This document shows, piece after piece, positions 17,209-26,989 of a stretch of 64,000 bases of DNA; position 1 is the first letter of the stretch; every line of letters begins with the position of its first letter. The stretch is taken from positions 1-64,000 of IMG/VR virus record IMGVR_UViG_3300033388_005265. The stretch is one strand, 5' to 3'. A program made the position numbers and the translations under genes. This stretch comes from a virus. The notes below the pieces were generated by a model, which was given only the letters and a program-made list of their open reading frames with translations, did not search any database and was not told where the DNA came from.

Positions 17209-19664
17209 TAATTTATTCCCTCCTTACAGTTATCGAATGTTTTTCTTAGTTTTGGTATATATGTTAGTTTTTCTTTTGCTTCTAATATTATTTTAGTTCC
17301 GTCACTTAATGTGAAGTTAAAGAACCCTTTGTTCTCGTCGGTCTTTAGTTTTGGCAAGGAATCCAACAACGTGCCGCCCTTGGCTATCAGTTGCCCACCA
17401 TTATCTGAACACTTATACTGACCACTAAACATTACTAGTTCATTCTTATTTAAGATTGGAACAAGTTTGTTATACATAGCAGTAAACACGCACACTTCTA
17501 CCTCATTCATTCCATCGCTAAGCTTCATGAATGCCATTGGAGCGCCATCCTTTTTCCTTTTCACCTTCTTCACAGAATTAATATATCCTGCTAGTACTAC
17601 ACCATTCTTCTCTTCTTTCAATACTTCACAGTCTCTTACTTGAGCTATTGTATGAGTTGTATTCTCATTTATTAGTGTAGTGTAGTCTTTAAGTGGGTTA
17701 TCAAACAAGAAGAACCCTAGTGCCTCTGTCTCATACTTATCCCTATCGACTTTAGGTGGCCTAACTTCCTGGTCTATCTTAAAGTCATCAAGCTCAAGTA
17801 CCCTTTCAAACAATGCAAGCTGATTCTTCTTCTCCTTAGATGCCTTCTTCTTTTTAAATATAACTGCTGGCTCTATGAGCTCAAGCATATAGTCTTTGTC
17901 TAGTTCTAGTATGTCCATGCCACCTGACTTGATCAGGTTCTCTATGACCTGGGAGGTAACCTTCTTTGAGTTGGTTAGCTCAACCAAGCCTCTAATGGAA
18001 AAGAAGTCTCCATGCTTCTTCCTTTTCTTAACTATCTCTTCTGATGTGTCTACACCTATACCTTCTATGGCTGCTAGTGCATAGCGTATCTTACCATCTT
18101 CTATTGAGAAGTATGGCAGGCTAAGGTTAACATCAGGTGCCAGGAACTCTATGCCCATCCTCTTTGCTTCAGATACATACTTGAACAGTGCTTCTCTATC
18201 ATCAATTTCATAACTAAGAACGGCAGTCATGTACTCTAGTGGGTAGTATACTTTAAGCCAAGCTGTCCAGTAAGCAATGATACTATAGGCAACAGAGTGT
18301 GACTTGTTGAAGCTGTAGCGTCCAAACTTCTCTATGTCAGTGAAGAGTTCATCGGCAACATTCTTTCTCATGCCTTTTTCCATGCATCCCTTAACAAATT
18401 TAGGACGTTCTTTTTTCAGTGCCTCTTCTTTCTTCTTTCCTATCGCCTTTCTAACAACATCAGCTTCTGATAGTGTGTAGCCAGCTAAAACTTGACATAT
18501 CTTCATGACTTGTTCCTGGTAAGGCAGTACTCCGTATGTTTCTTTTAAGTATGGCTCTAGGCATTCATGTGGGTACGTAACTAAAGATGGATCATTCTTC
18601 CTTTCAATAAAGTCTTCCAGCATTCCAGAGTCAAGTGGACCAGGCCTATAGAGACTGTTCATGGCGCTAATATCTTCGAAGCAGTTTGGCTTTAGTTGCT
18701 TCAGGTACTTCTTCATTCCATCTGATTCAAACTGGAACACATTTGTAGTGTCTCCATTTGCAAACAGCTCGAAGACCCTCGGATCGTCAAGTGTATTTGT
18801 TAGCTCTTCCAGGTTTACCTCTACATCATGTCTCTCTTTAACTAGGTCTTGTGTCATGTGAATGATACTTAGGTTCTTAAGTCCTAAGAAGTCAAACTTG
18901 ATAAGCCCTACTTCCTCAACTTCATTCATAGCAAACTGAGTAAGATTGTCGCCGGTCTTTTTTGATGTGTAAACAGGCATGTACTCATCTAGTCTCTTGT
19001 CACCTATAACTACACCTGCTGCATGTATTCCACTGTGTCTTATGTTCCCTTCAAGTCTAGATGCTAGGTTTGCTACCTCTCTGAAGCGTACATCTTCTTG
19101 GATTAGGTTTGCGAAGTCTAAGTTGTTCTCTATATTGTGCTTTACAGAGCCGTCAACTAGTGTTTTAGCCATCTTATCTGCTTCTATATATGAGAGGTCC
19201 ATTGCTCTAGCAACGTCCCTTATAGCGCCTTTTGAGTTCATTGCACTGAAGGTTGTTATCCTTGCAACTTTGTCTTCACCGTACACTGTTTTGACATAGT
19301 CAACTACTTCTTCTCTCCTGTCTATCTCAAAGTCCATGTCTATATCAGGCATTGATATTCTGTCAGGATTCAAGAATCTCTCAAACAGTAAGCCGTGCTT
19401 AATAGGGTCAGCCTTAGTTATGCCAAGAACATAACACACAAGACTACCTGCTGCACTACCTCTTCCTGGGCCACACAATATATTATTCCTTGTTGCCCAA
19501 TTAAGAAGGTCTTGAACTATCAGAAGGTAGCCTGAGAATCCCATCCTCTTGATACAGGATACCTCGTACTCAAGTCTATCAGTATAAGCCTGTCCACTAA
19601 GGTCGAGAGCATCAAATCCTTTTTTACATTTGAACTCAAAATACTCATCTAATTCTTTTGACAT
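17208..19664 (-). CDS. dnaE: DNA polymerase III alpha, catalytic part (palm-thumb-fingers-HhH-OB; no PHP)
   Basis: GPGRGSAAGS, FERFLNPDRISMPDIDMDF, HAAGVVI, KFDFLGL, YSFNKSH. Confidence 0.95.
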   Translation of the reverse strand: MSKELDEYFEFKCKKGFDALDLSGQAYTDRLEYEVSCIKRMGFSGYLLIVQDLLNWATRNNILCGPGRGSAAGSLVCYVLGITKADPIKHGLLFERFLNPDRISMPDIDMDFEIDRREEVVDYVKTVYGEDKVARITTFSAMNSKGAIRDVARAMDLSYIEADKMAKTLVDGSVKHNIENNLDFANLIQEDVRFREVANLASRLEGNIRHSGIHAAGVVIGDKRLDEYMPVYTSKKTGDNLTQFAMNEVEEVGLIKFDFLGLKNLSIIHMTQDLVKERHDVEVNLEELTNTLDDPRVFELFANGDTTNVFQFESDGMKKYLKQLKPNCFEDISAMNSLYRPGPLDSGMLEDFIERKNDPSLVTYPHECLEPYLKETYGVLPYQEQVMKICQVLAGYTLSEADVVRKAIGKKKEEALKKERPKFVKGCMEKGMRKNVADELFTDIEKFGRYSFNKSHSVAYSIIAYWTAWLKVYYPLEYMTAVLSYEIDDREALFKYVSEAKRMGIEFLAPDVNLSLPYFSIEDGKIRYALAAIEGIGVDTSEEIVKKRKKHGDFFSIRGLVELTNSKKVTSQVIENLIKSGGMDILELDKDYMLELIEPAVIFKKKKASKEKKNQLALFERVLELDDFKIDQEVRPPKVDRDKYETEALGFFLFDNPLKDYTTLINENTTHTIAQVRDCEVLKEEKNGVVLAGYINSVKKVKRKKDGAPMAFMKLSDGMNEVEVCVFTAMYNKLVPILNKNELVMFSGQYKCSDNGGQLIAKGGTLLDSLPKLKTDENKGFFNFTLSDGTKIILEAKEKLTYIPKLRKTFDNCKEGIN

Positions 19665-20557
19665 TTCTGAAACTCCTTGTAGTCTGGATCTCTTTTTACA
19701 TCGAATACTGGAAAATGAAACTCTCCAAGCTCAAGCTCAACATCACACATATCTGTTATTATTTGCGTAGATCTTATGGCTTCTGGATAGTCTTTGAATG
19801 CTACCTCTATCTCTTGTCTTGTTTTTACGTAGAACTCAGGATCAAGTGGACTCATTTTTCTATTGTTGATTGTTGATTTTGTTTGTATGAGCTTAATAAG
19901 GTCGTGTATTTCTGAGTCTGCTTTGTCTAGGTAGTGGCAGTCACATGTGCCAACCATAGGGATGTTAAGTTCTTTACCCATCTTGATTAGCTTAGGGTTT
20001 ACTTCGTTTTGTAGATCAAGTCCATTGGTCTGTATCTCAAGGAAGAACCTCTTGTCAAAGTTGAATTTGAAAAACTCTGCCATCTCATAAGCTTCTTTTT
20101 CTTTCCCATTGAGGAGCATCCAAGGAACTGCACCACTGATACACGCACTCATAGCTATGATTCCATCGCCATACATCTCTAACAGCTCACGATCAACCCT
20201 GGCGTAACGGTAGAACCCCTCTTCATAAGCTAGAGATACTATCTTTAGCAGGTTCTTGTAGCCTTCGTTGTTCATAGCAAGAAGAACTAGGTGATGTATC
20301 TTAGTGTCCTTGTTCCTGTATGCTTCTTCAGCTCTATGTCCGGCGGTGAAGTATGCTTCTACTCCAAGTATAGGCTTTATGTCGTGAGCCTTTGCAGCCT
20401 TATAGAAGTCTACCACTCCATGCATGTTACCATGGTCTGTGATAGCTACTGCTTTCTGTCCGTCAGCTTTTAGCTTCTTCATAAGAGGCTCAGGTCTAAT
20501 GGTACAGTCTAGAGTGCTGTAGTGCGTGTGTAGATGTAGGTGCGTGTAGTCTTTCAA
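19649..20557 (-). CDS. dnaE: DNA polymerase III alpha PHP domain as a separate gene
   Basis: HLHLHTHYS, AITDHGN, GVEAY, HLVLLA, SACISG, TCDCHY. Confidence 0.92.
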   Translation of the reverse strand: MKDYTHLHLHTHYSTLDCTIRPEPLMKKLKADGQKAVAITDHGNMHGVVDFYKAAKAHDIKPILGVEAYFTAGHRAEEAYRNKDTKIHHLVLLAMNNEGYKNLLKIVSLAYEEGFYRYARVDRELLEMYGDGIIAMSACISGAVPWMLLNGKEKEAYEMAEFFKFNFDKRFFLEIQTNGLDLQNEVNPKLIKMGKELNIPMVGTCDCHYLDKADSEIHDLIKLIQTKSTINNRKMSPLDPEFYVKTRQEIEVAFKDYPEAIRSTQIITDMCDVELELGEFHFPVFDVKRDPDYKEFQKCQKN

Positions 20558-20796
20558 TACTTTTCTCCATATGGATTACATTCTGGACATGGGATTAGTT
20601 TCCCTTCCCAGTTTTTAGCATAGAGCTTATCATAACATGCCTTGCACTGTGGAGGCAAGTCTTTTATTATTTCTATAGCACTTTCTAGTTTTTTTATCCT
20701 AGACTTAAGGCCTCTTGGAGGTTTTGCAACCTCCAGAGCCTTCTTACATTCTATCAGTTCTATCGTTAGCTCACTCAGTATCCTATTCTTAGTCAT
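20554..20796 (-). CDS. small protein with C-terminal Cys pairs
   Basis: CKAC...CPEC. Confidence 0.5.
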   Translation of the reverse strand: MTKNRILSELTIELIECKKALEVAKPPRGLKSRIKKLESAIEIIKDLPPQCKACYDKLYAKNWEGKLIPCPECNPYGEKY

Positions 20797-21790
20797 CAGT
20801 ATGCTCCTTTATCTTTTCCTCGACCTCTGTAAGAGCTATAGAGTGAGCTTCGAAGAATTCAATAGCAGACTTTAATCCTTGTCCGATTCTTTCTTCATTG
20901 TACGAATACCATGAGCCACTCTTCTCTATTATTCCAAACTCTACCGCCTTAGTTACTGTTGCTCTAAGCTTTGAGATTCCTTTGCCATATTCAATATCAA
21001 ATACTGCTTCTTTGAATGGGACTCCAACCTTGTTCTTTACTATCTTTACATGGGTTCTTGTTCCAATTACCTCTTCACCTTGTTTTATAGACATGCCCTT
21101 ATTAACCTTCATACGTACTGAAGCATAAAATAGAAGAGCATTTCCACCACTTGTAGTCGTTGGATCTCCAAACCCAAACGTCTTCATCTTAGCTCTTATC
21201 TGATTAATAAAAACGATAGCAGTTCCTGTCTCACTACATGTGCTCTTGAATCTTCTACATCCTTTACCCATGAGTCTAGCTAAGAGTCCCATGGTATCGT
21301 CGGTGATACCTTTCTCAAGGACTTCCCTGGGAACTAAAGCATCAACAGAGTCAACAACTATTAGATCAACAGCTCCACTCTTAACTAGGAAGTCTACCTG
21401 CTCAAGCGCATCCTCTCCACTGTCAGGTTGGCTGAAGACCATCTTCTCTTCAGAGAAGTCTACTCCTATATCTTTTGCATACTGGAAGTTTATTGCATGC
21501 TCGATGTCTATGAACGCACATATTCCTCCATTCCTTTGAGTTTCAGCTATTGCATGTAGAGCTATGGTGGTCTTGCCGGTTGCTTCTCCGCCGAATATCT
21601 CTGTCATTCTGCCCTTCGGTATACCACCTATACCTATGGCTTCGTCTATCTCAGGACATCCAGTAGATAAAGCATCTATCTGTATTGTCTTGTCGTCGTC
21701 AAAGATAGTAATTGCTTCCTTTCCTTGAGACTTTAAGATCAATCCTTTTGCTATCTCTAGCGCCTTACCTCTGTTGCTTTCTTTCAGCAT
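20789..21790 (-). CDS. recA: RecA recombinase
   Basis: GIGGIPKGR, GGEATGKTT, FIDIEH, VVDSV, FINQIR, GGNALLFYASVR. Confidence 0.97.
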   Translation of the reverse strand: MLKESNRGKALEIAKGLILKSQGKEAITIFDDDKTIQIDALSTGCPEIDEAIGIGGIPKGRMTEIFGGEATGKTTIALHAIAETQRNGGICAFIDIEHAINFQYAKDIGVDFSEEKMVFSQPDSGEDALEQVDFLVKSGAVDLIVVDSVDALVPREVLEKGITDDTMGLLARLMGKGCRRFKSTCSETGTAIVFINQIRAKMKTFGFGDPTTTSGGNALLFYASVRMKVNKGMSIKQGEEVIGTRTHVKIVKNKVGVPFKEAVFDIEYGKGISKLRATVTKAVEFGIIEKSGSWYSYNEERIGQGLKSAIEFFEAHSIALTEVEEKIKEHTDD

Positions 21791-21793
21791 TAG

Positions 21794-22165
21794 CTACTCC
21801 TTGTGTGGGGCATTATCCCTTATCACACCCAATAAGTCAAGTGTTATTTGTGCATCTTTCTTTTCATTTGACCCAAGCAGGTTATGCTCATAGGCCTTTC
21901 TCTTTACCTCTGTCCTCATGAGGTCTACGTTCATCGGCTCTCTATCATCCTCGTTGATAATATCAAGCAGATCTTTCAGGGTGCAGTCTCGTCCTCCGAA
22001 ATCAATACGGTAATCATCATTAAACAAGAACCCTTCTGCTGTTCCTAATGCTTTTTTTTGCTTGCTATTCTTAGGGAAGAAGTAGTGTATATAATCCGAC
22101 TGTGCTTGTCTAATCATTAGGAATATCAGCTCTTTGATGTCGTCGTAATCTAATTCAGACTTCAA
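21794..22165 (-). CDS. hypothetical protein
   Basis: Operon-packed between nrdJ and recA. Confidence 0.55.
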   Translation of the reverse strand: MKSELDYDDIKELIFLMIRQAQSDYIHYFFPKNSKQKKALGTAEGFLFNDDYRIDFGGRDCTLKDLLDIINEDDREPMNVDLMRTEVKRKAYEHNLLGSNEKKDAQITLDLLGVIRDNAPHKE

Positions 22166-23877
22166 AGTTCACACGTTCCACTTGCACAATCTGCTGCCTT
22201 CCCTACGTCGTCAGCATCTTCTGTTCTCTTTTCATACTTAGAGATATCAAGTGGTGTTAGAGGTTGATCAAATTTACTTCCTTCTCTATATATTGTAAGA
22301 CCTTTCATGCTGGTGATGTATTTAAGCATCAACTCAGACAGGTCTTCTTGTTTAAAGCTCTTAGGAAGGTTGATAGTTTTACTGATTGCACTATCTATGT
22401 ATCTTTGTGCTGCTTCCTGGATCTTCATGTGAGCCTCTGGAGTTATGTCATGTGATGATTCGAAGTGTGACACGTCTCTATCTTCGTCCATGAACTTTGC
22501 GAACAGCTCATCTGAGATAACTTCCTTCTTTGTCTTGCCGTCAGACTGATACTTTCTCTCGTATAGCGGAGCAAATATTGGCTCTATCCCTGAGGATACT
22601 CCTGCTATGATTGATGTTGTACCTGTGGGTGCCTGAGTATTAAGGCATACATTCCTTATTCCTTTCTCTCTGATCTCATCTCTTATCTTAGATGGCAGAG
22701 CCTTAATGAATGGCATACCAAGGAACTTGTCCTTATCATACTTTGAGAACGAACCTTTCTCAGCAGCTATCTGAGCAGACGTCCAGTACGAATGGTTCCT
22801 AAGAATCTCGTATACCTTTTCAACAAAAGCAACTCCTTCATCAGAAGAGTATTTAATACCAAGCTTTAGCATTGCATAGTGCAATCCCATAATACCTAGA
22901 CCTATCCTTCTGTCTGCTGTTGCATTAGACTTGATCCTTTCGAGCGGGTATTCATTTACATCAATGATGTTGTCAAGAAATCTAACAGAAGTCTCTATAG
23001 CCTTCTTAAACCCCTGCACATCAAGATACTTTTCCCTTGCAAAGTTAGCAACGTTAATTGATCCCAGGCAACATGCTGAGTACGCTGGTAGTGGTAGCTC
23101 TCCACAAGGATTAGTAGTCTCTATCTGAGTAAAGTAAGATGAGTTAGCCATCTCTCTGATGTGACCTATGTTAAGTATCCCAGGCTCACCAGATAGTAAT
23201 GCGTTCTTAACCAGGATGTCCCATATCTCAGTAGCCTTTACAGTCTTGTAAACTTTACCTGCCCATATAAGATCCCAGCTCTCATCATTTTTTACAGCTT
23301 CGATAAACTTATCATCTATCTCAACAGATATGTTTGCGTTCTGTAGCTTGTTAAGGTCAAGCTTCTCATGTAGGAAGTCTAGGATATCTGGATGATACAC
23401 TGACAGGCTTATCATAAGCGCGGCTCTTCTTCCTCCACCAGTTTTAATTGTCTCTGCTACAGCATCAGCACAGTGCATGAATGAGATTGGTCCAGATGAT
23501 TCTCCTCCATTAGTAATAATAACTGCACCTTTTGGTCTAAGCCTTGAGAAAGACACTCCAACTCCACCACCGGTTCCAGATATAACAAGTATATCCTTCA
23601 GCATCTGACCAATAGATTCTCTTGAGTCTTCTACAGATATTACATTACAGTTCATCATGTATGGCTTAGGCTTGCCTGAGTTAACAATGATCCTTCCGCC
23701 AGGAATGAAGTCGTATGATGCAATCGCTGCCTTGAACTCACTTGTCCAGTAGTCCTGCTTGTCAGGATGCTCTGCTTGTGCAGCAGTCTTACCTATCCTT
23801 AGTGAGGTATGGGCTTCCCATGTTTCTTCTCCGTAGCCTTTGTACCTCTGATTGTATACGTCGTCTCTAATCCCCAT
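22162..23877 (-). CDS. nrdJ: class II (adenosylcobalamin-dependent) ribonucleotide reductase
   Basis: PGGR, MMNC, GGGRRAA, TNPCGE, CCLGSIN, RRIGLG, APTGT, SKTIN; no adjacent beta subunit. Confidence 0.88.
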   Translation of the reverse strand: MGIRDDVYNQRYKGYGEETWEAHTSLRIGKTAAQAEHPDKQDYWTSEFKAAIASYDFIPGGRIIVNSGKPKPYMMNCNVISVEDSRESIGQMLKDILVISGTGGGVGVSFSRLRPKGAVIITNGGESSGPISFMHCADAVAETIKTGGGRRAALMISLSVYHPDILDFLHEKLDLNKLQNANISVEIDDKFIEAVKNDESWDLIWAGKVYKTVKATEIWDILVKNALLSGEPGILNIGHIREMANSSYFTQIETTNPCGELPLPAYSACCLGSINVANFAREKYLDVQGFKKAIETSVRFLDNIIDVNEYPLERIKSNATADRRIGLGIMGLHYAMLKLGIKYSSDEGVAFVEKVYEILRNHSYWTSAQIAAEKGSFSKYDKDKFLGMPFIKALPSKIRDEIREKGIRNVCLNTQAPTGTTSIIAGVSSGIEPIFAPLYERKYQSDGKTKKEVISDELFAKFMDEDRDVSHFESSHDITPEAHMKIQEAAQRYIDSAISKTINLPKSFKQEDLSELMLKYITSMKGLTIYREGSKFDQPLTPLDISKYEKRTEDADDVGKAADCASGTCEL

Positions 23878-24232
23878 TAATATCTTCTCCTTCTATGTAA
23901 TTGTATTCTTCCCTCAGCATTAGCTCAAGCCTAGCTAGAGAATTCCATGCTGAATGTGCTTCGTGCTTTAGCTTGGAGAACTTGTCAACACGCTCGTATC
24001 TCTCTTTGAGATTGTGACGCCACATAGCATCTTTATACCTGATGATTCCATTAGGTACGTGTTGCCATCCTCCACGAGTGTATTTCTCTGCACCATGTGT
24101 TCCTACCTCAGCTACTGCCATCAGTGCTAGGCCAAAATCTACTAGCAATCCACCAAGTACTTTGCCTTCGTCAAGCTTAGCTCCAGGTGCATGCTGGTCA
24201 ATCCCATTGGGATCTGTCTCTTTACTCTTCAC
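23867..24232 (-). CDS. DUF5664 dATP/dGTP diphosphohydrolase-domain protein
   Basis: GAKLDEGK, VGTHGAEKY...W, HEAHSAWN. Confidence 0.8.
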   Translation of the reverse strand: MKSKETDPNGIDQHAPGAKLDEGKVLGGLLVDFGLALMAVAEVGTHGAEKYTRGGWQHVPNGIIRYKDAMWRHNLKERYERVDKFSKLKHEAHSAWNSLARLELMLREEYNYIEGEDINGD

Positions 24233-24878
24233 TTTTTACCCTCCTTGATATGTTTAATATTGCTTCCTTATTTTCATTCCTTCTAGATGGTGGCCCATAA
24301 AATGATAGCTCATAAAATATAGCGCGCACTATTTCTATAAGGTTAAATGTCTTAGTGCCAAAGTCAAAGGTAGTAGGATCTTTATCTGGATATCCTATCC
24401 TTCCATAAACTTTAAAGTCTGTGTTAAGTATTATTGGTAGGTCTATAAGATGGTTTACTGGTATGAAGTCTAATGCTGATGGTAGCTCGTCTTTTGCTGA
24501 GATAGCGTGGAAGCTTATGAAGCTTACGAGTTCATTTACGCCATCATAGTTGTCGTGTTCGTTTGACCAGTAGATCTCTAGCTGTGAGTCACTGTTGAAT
24601 GCTGGCTTACCTTCTATTGGTTGTTTAGATTCTTCTATGAATTCTGGTACGTAGTGTGGTATGATGATTTCGAATAGCTGGGCATCTTTTTCTATTACAG
24701 TAAATAGATCTCTTAGTGTGACTCCATCTTCAATAGAGCACTCATTGAATAGGAACCTATGAACAGTGTCAGCAACATCAACTATGACTTGTTCTCTCCT
24801 GTCGTACTCTTCATTGTATTCATGGGTACAGTATTCTAGTGTCCCACCTTTTTTAATTATAATTGTGTTGTCTCTCAT
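24222..24878 (-). CDS. hypothetical protein
   Basis: GGGAG RBS; first gene after tandem promoters. Confidence 0.6.
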   Translation of the reverse strand: MRDNTIIIKKGGTLEYCTHEYNEEYDRREQVIVDVADTVHRFLFNECSIEDGVTLRDLFTVIEKDAQLFEIIIPHYVPEFIEESKQPIEGKPAFNSDSQLEIYWSNEHDNYDGVNELVSFISFHAISAKDELPSALDFIPVNHLIDLPIILNTDFKVYGRIGYPDKDPTTFDFGTKTFNLIEIVRAIFYELSFYGPPSRRNENKEAILNISRRVKSEE

Positions 24879-24906
24879 AGGTCTCCCTTCTTTAAGTTAT
24901 AAGCAC

Positions 24907-25086
24907 ATTATACTATGAATATGAGGTAAATGTCAAGAACATTTTTCGATTAGCCAAGCGTTAGATTTCATAAAAAAGGAACTACTAATGACGTAATTAT
25001 ACAGGAATTTAGCTAGGAGTCAAGAGATTTCCTGCTAATAAGATATTATAAAACAAAATTATATATTAGGTAGCCTGGAAAGTCAA
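24907..25086 (-). promoter_or_regulatory. three tandem sigma70-type promoters
   Basis: TTGACA-18-TATAAT (24907..24936), TTGACT-16-TATAAT (24996..25023), TTGACT-17-TATAAT (25058..25086). Confidence 0.75.
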
Positions 25087-25180
25087 CCAGAATTTGTGGG
25101 AGCCAAACGTAAAAGTTAGAAAAAAAATAATTAGGCTTGGGCTTATTGAAGTTGGTTAATATTATAGAAAGGAGATACAT

Positions 25181-25813
25181 ATGATTAAAGAGAAAAAGTG
25201 TGGTGGTCCATGCGGAGAGATTAAGCCAGTGTCTAAATTTAGCATTTACAAAAGATCAAAATCTGGGTTTCAATCTAAATGTAAACGCTGCACTAGTCAA
25301 TACAATAAAGAGAATATAAAGAAGTCGCGCATTAAAAGGGTTCAATACGAGAAAGATAATCCTGATGTTGTGATAAAAGCTAAAGAAAATATTGCTAAAT
25401 GGCACAAAGACAACCCAGACTATAGGAAGCGCTATTATCAGGACAACAAGTACGAAATATCTATTAGGATGTCTAAGTATTGCCAAGATAACGCTGATAC
25501 AGCTAGAGCCAGAGGCGTGCAGTGGAGAAAAGACAACCCAGAGAAAGTATTATTTAACAGCTCAAAGCATCGCGCTATGAAGCTACAAAGAACTGTAGCT
25601 TGGGCAGATATAGATAAGATCAAAGATATATATGATCAGTGTGCAGAGATTAATTTGGCAGCTAAAACTGCAGGCTGTACGGAGAAGTTTGCAGTAGACC
25701 ATGTTATTCCTCTGCAAGGTAAACTTGTTTCCGGACTACATGTAGAGGGAAATCTTGATATAATTACTGTTGGTGACAACTGTAGGAAGTCAAATAAATT
25801 CATCCCAGGCTAA
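25181..25813 (+). CDS. HNH-type homing endonuclease (expanded family), antisense to neighbours
   Basis: CGGPC...CKRC; KLQRTVAWAD; EINLAAKTAGC; VDHVIPLQG. Confidence 0.85.
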   Translation: MIKEKKCGGPCGEIKPVSKFSIYKRSKSGFQSKCKRCTSQYNKENIKKSRIKRVQYEKDNPDVVIKAKENIAKWHKDNPDYRKRYYQDNKYEISIRMSKYCQDNADTARARGVQWRKDNPEKVLFNSSKHRAMKLQRTVAWADIDKIKDIYDQCAEINLAAKTAGCTEKFAVDHVIPLQGKLVSGLHVEGNLDIITVGDNCRKSNKFIPG

Positions 25814-25874
25814 ACAACATTTCTGATACCGGTGAAGTACGGTATGGTAAAATTTTTTTATCTATTACGGTATA

Positions 25875-26156
25875 TTAGAACGCCTTTTTAACTAGACCGG
25901 TCAGCCTAGCGAACTCTGTCTTCTCTTCTGTAGACTCAGCAGCATCTCTAGCTACAGCTTCTACTTGCAATTCTTTTTGAAGTTCTTGCCATTCATTTAA
26001 GAACTCGTTCCATGATTCTTTCAATTTTATTCCTTGCTCCTTTGCTTTGTCGTGTTCAAAATTAGTACGAGCTAAGTCAAGTGTCATTTGTGCAGTAGCT
26101 ATTACCTGAGTCCTTAGTTCATCTATCTTATCTTCTATTTCTTTAGTCTTTTTCAT
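25875..26156 (-). CDS. coiled-coil hypothetical protein
   Basis: Operon-packed. Confidence 0.5.
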   Translation of the reverse strand: MKKTKEIEDKIDELRTQVIATAQMTLDLARTNFEHDKAKEQGIKLKESWNEFLNEWQELQKELQVEAVARDAAESTEEKTEFARLTGLVKKAF

Positions 26157-26445
26157 TTGGATCCGTTATGATTTCTTCTAACCTGGTTCCATACTTCTTA
26201 AACATTGTATCGCATTTAGTATCGTGCTCTTCCATCAATACTTTCCATTCCTTTTCGAATTCTTCGCATATTTTCTTTAGACTAGATCCATAACAGTCCT
26301 CACAGAATGAGTAGCTTGCAAATGGAGTTGACTTGTAACAGTGCCTGCATAATTCCTTATTACATTTAGCACAATTGACTACGCTTACAACTTCTTTTTC
26401 GCAGTCATCACATACTGTGTAGTTCATCTCTCTAGTCTTCTTCAT
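26143..26445 (-). CDS. Cys-rich hypothetical protein
   Basis: CDDC, CAKC, CRHC, CEDC. Confidence 0.55.
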   Translation of the reverse strand: MKKTREMNYTVCDDCEKEVVSVVNCAKCNKELCRHCYKSTPFASYSFCEDCYGSSLKKICEEFEKEWKVLMEEHDTKCDTMFKKYGTRLEEIITDPNEKD

Positions 26446-26698
26446 ACTAGGGAGATCTCCTTAATATTGTTTTCTTCCATGAATGACTTAAGAACTTTGC
26501 ATGAGTCTTCACTCCATCCATATACGCTAGGATCACAATCACCTATGTGTATGTCTCTGACCTTGCACTCATACATTGGTACGACTATTCTTAGATACTC
26601 ATCTAGTGTGTACCACATAGCACATACGCAAGACTCATTACAGGGAACAACAGTACAATCACTGCTGCTATTGCAAACGCTTTTAATTTCTTAAACAT
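26442..26698 (-). pseudogene. possible frameshifted secreted protein (or two tiny overlapping ORFs)
   Basis: Signal-peptide-like MFKKLKAFAIAAVIVLLFPVMSLA stops after 31 codons; an overlapping frame continues MWYTLDEY...EISLV to an ATGA overlap with the next gene. Confidence 0.3.
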
Positions 26699-26989
26699 TT
26701 AGTCTCCTGTAGGTTTAATAAAGAATATATCGTTATACCCTTGTATGTAAAATTCATTTAGGTCTATACCCAAAGCTTCTGACTCAAGTGTTCCAGGCCA
26801 TACACCAGTCCACCTGGCAAATAACTTATCATGCTTCTTACAGTTGCAACTGAATCTCTGATCACCACATGTACTACATCTTTCAACATCACAGTTAACT
26901 AAGTGTGGTTGTCCTGGATTTACTGCACAGTCTGGGCATCTTCTTAACTTTAGTATCTCGCTCATCTCTCTCCTATATGTGACAGTCAA
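26699..26989 (-). CDS. Cys-rich hypothetical protein
   Basis: CPDC...HLVNCDVERCSTCGDQRFSCNC. Confidence 0.6.
   Translation of the reverse strand: MTVTYRREMSEILKLRRCPDCAVNPGQPHLVNCDVERCSTCGDQRFSCNCKKHDKLFARWTGVWPGTLESEALGIDLNEFYIQGYNDIFFIKPTGD

Noticed and set aside
11383-23877. Inteins or group I introns in helicase, DnaE, RecA or NrdJ
   Set aside because: Core motifs are contiguous, lengths are normal, and no intein C-terminal HN-C/S/T blocks were seen
23867-24232. Z-base (2-aminoadenine) or other base-modification pathway
   Set aside because: DUF5664 alone is widespread; no PurZ or DatZ was recognised in this window
25826-25873. TACGGTAT repeats and a small hairpin between convergent genes
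   Set aside because: Too short to separate from chance; possibly a weak terminator
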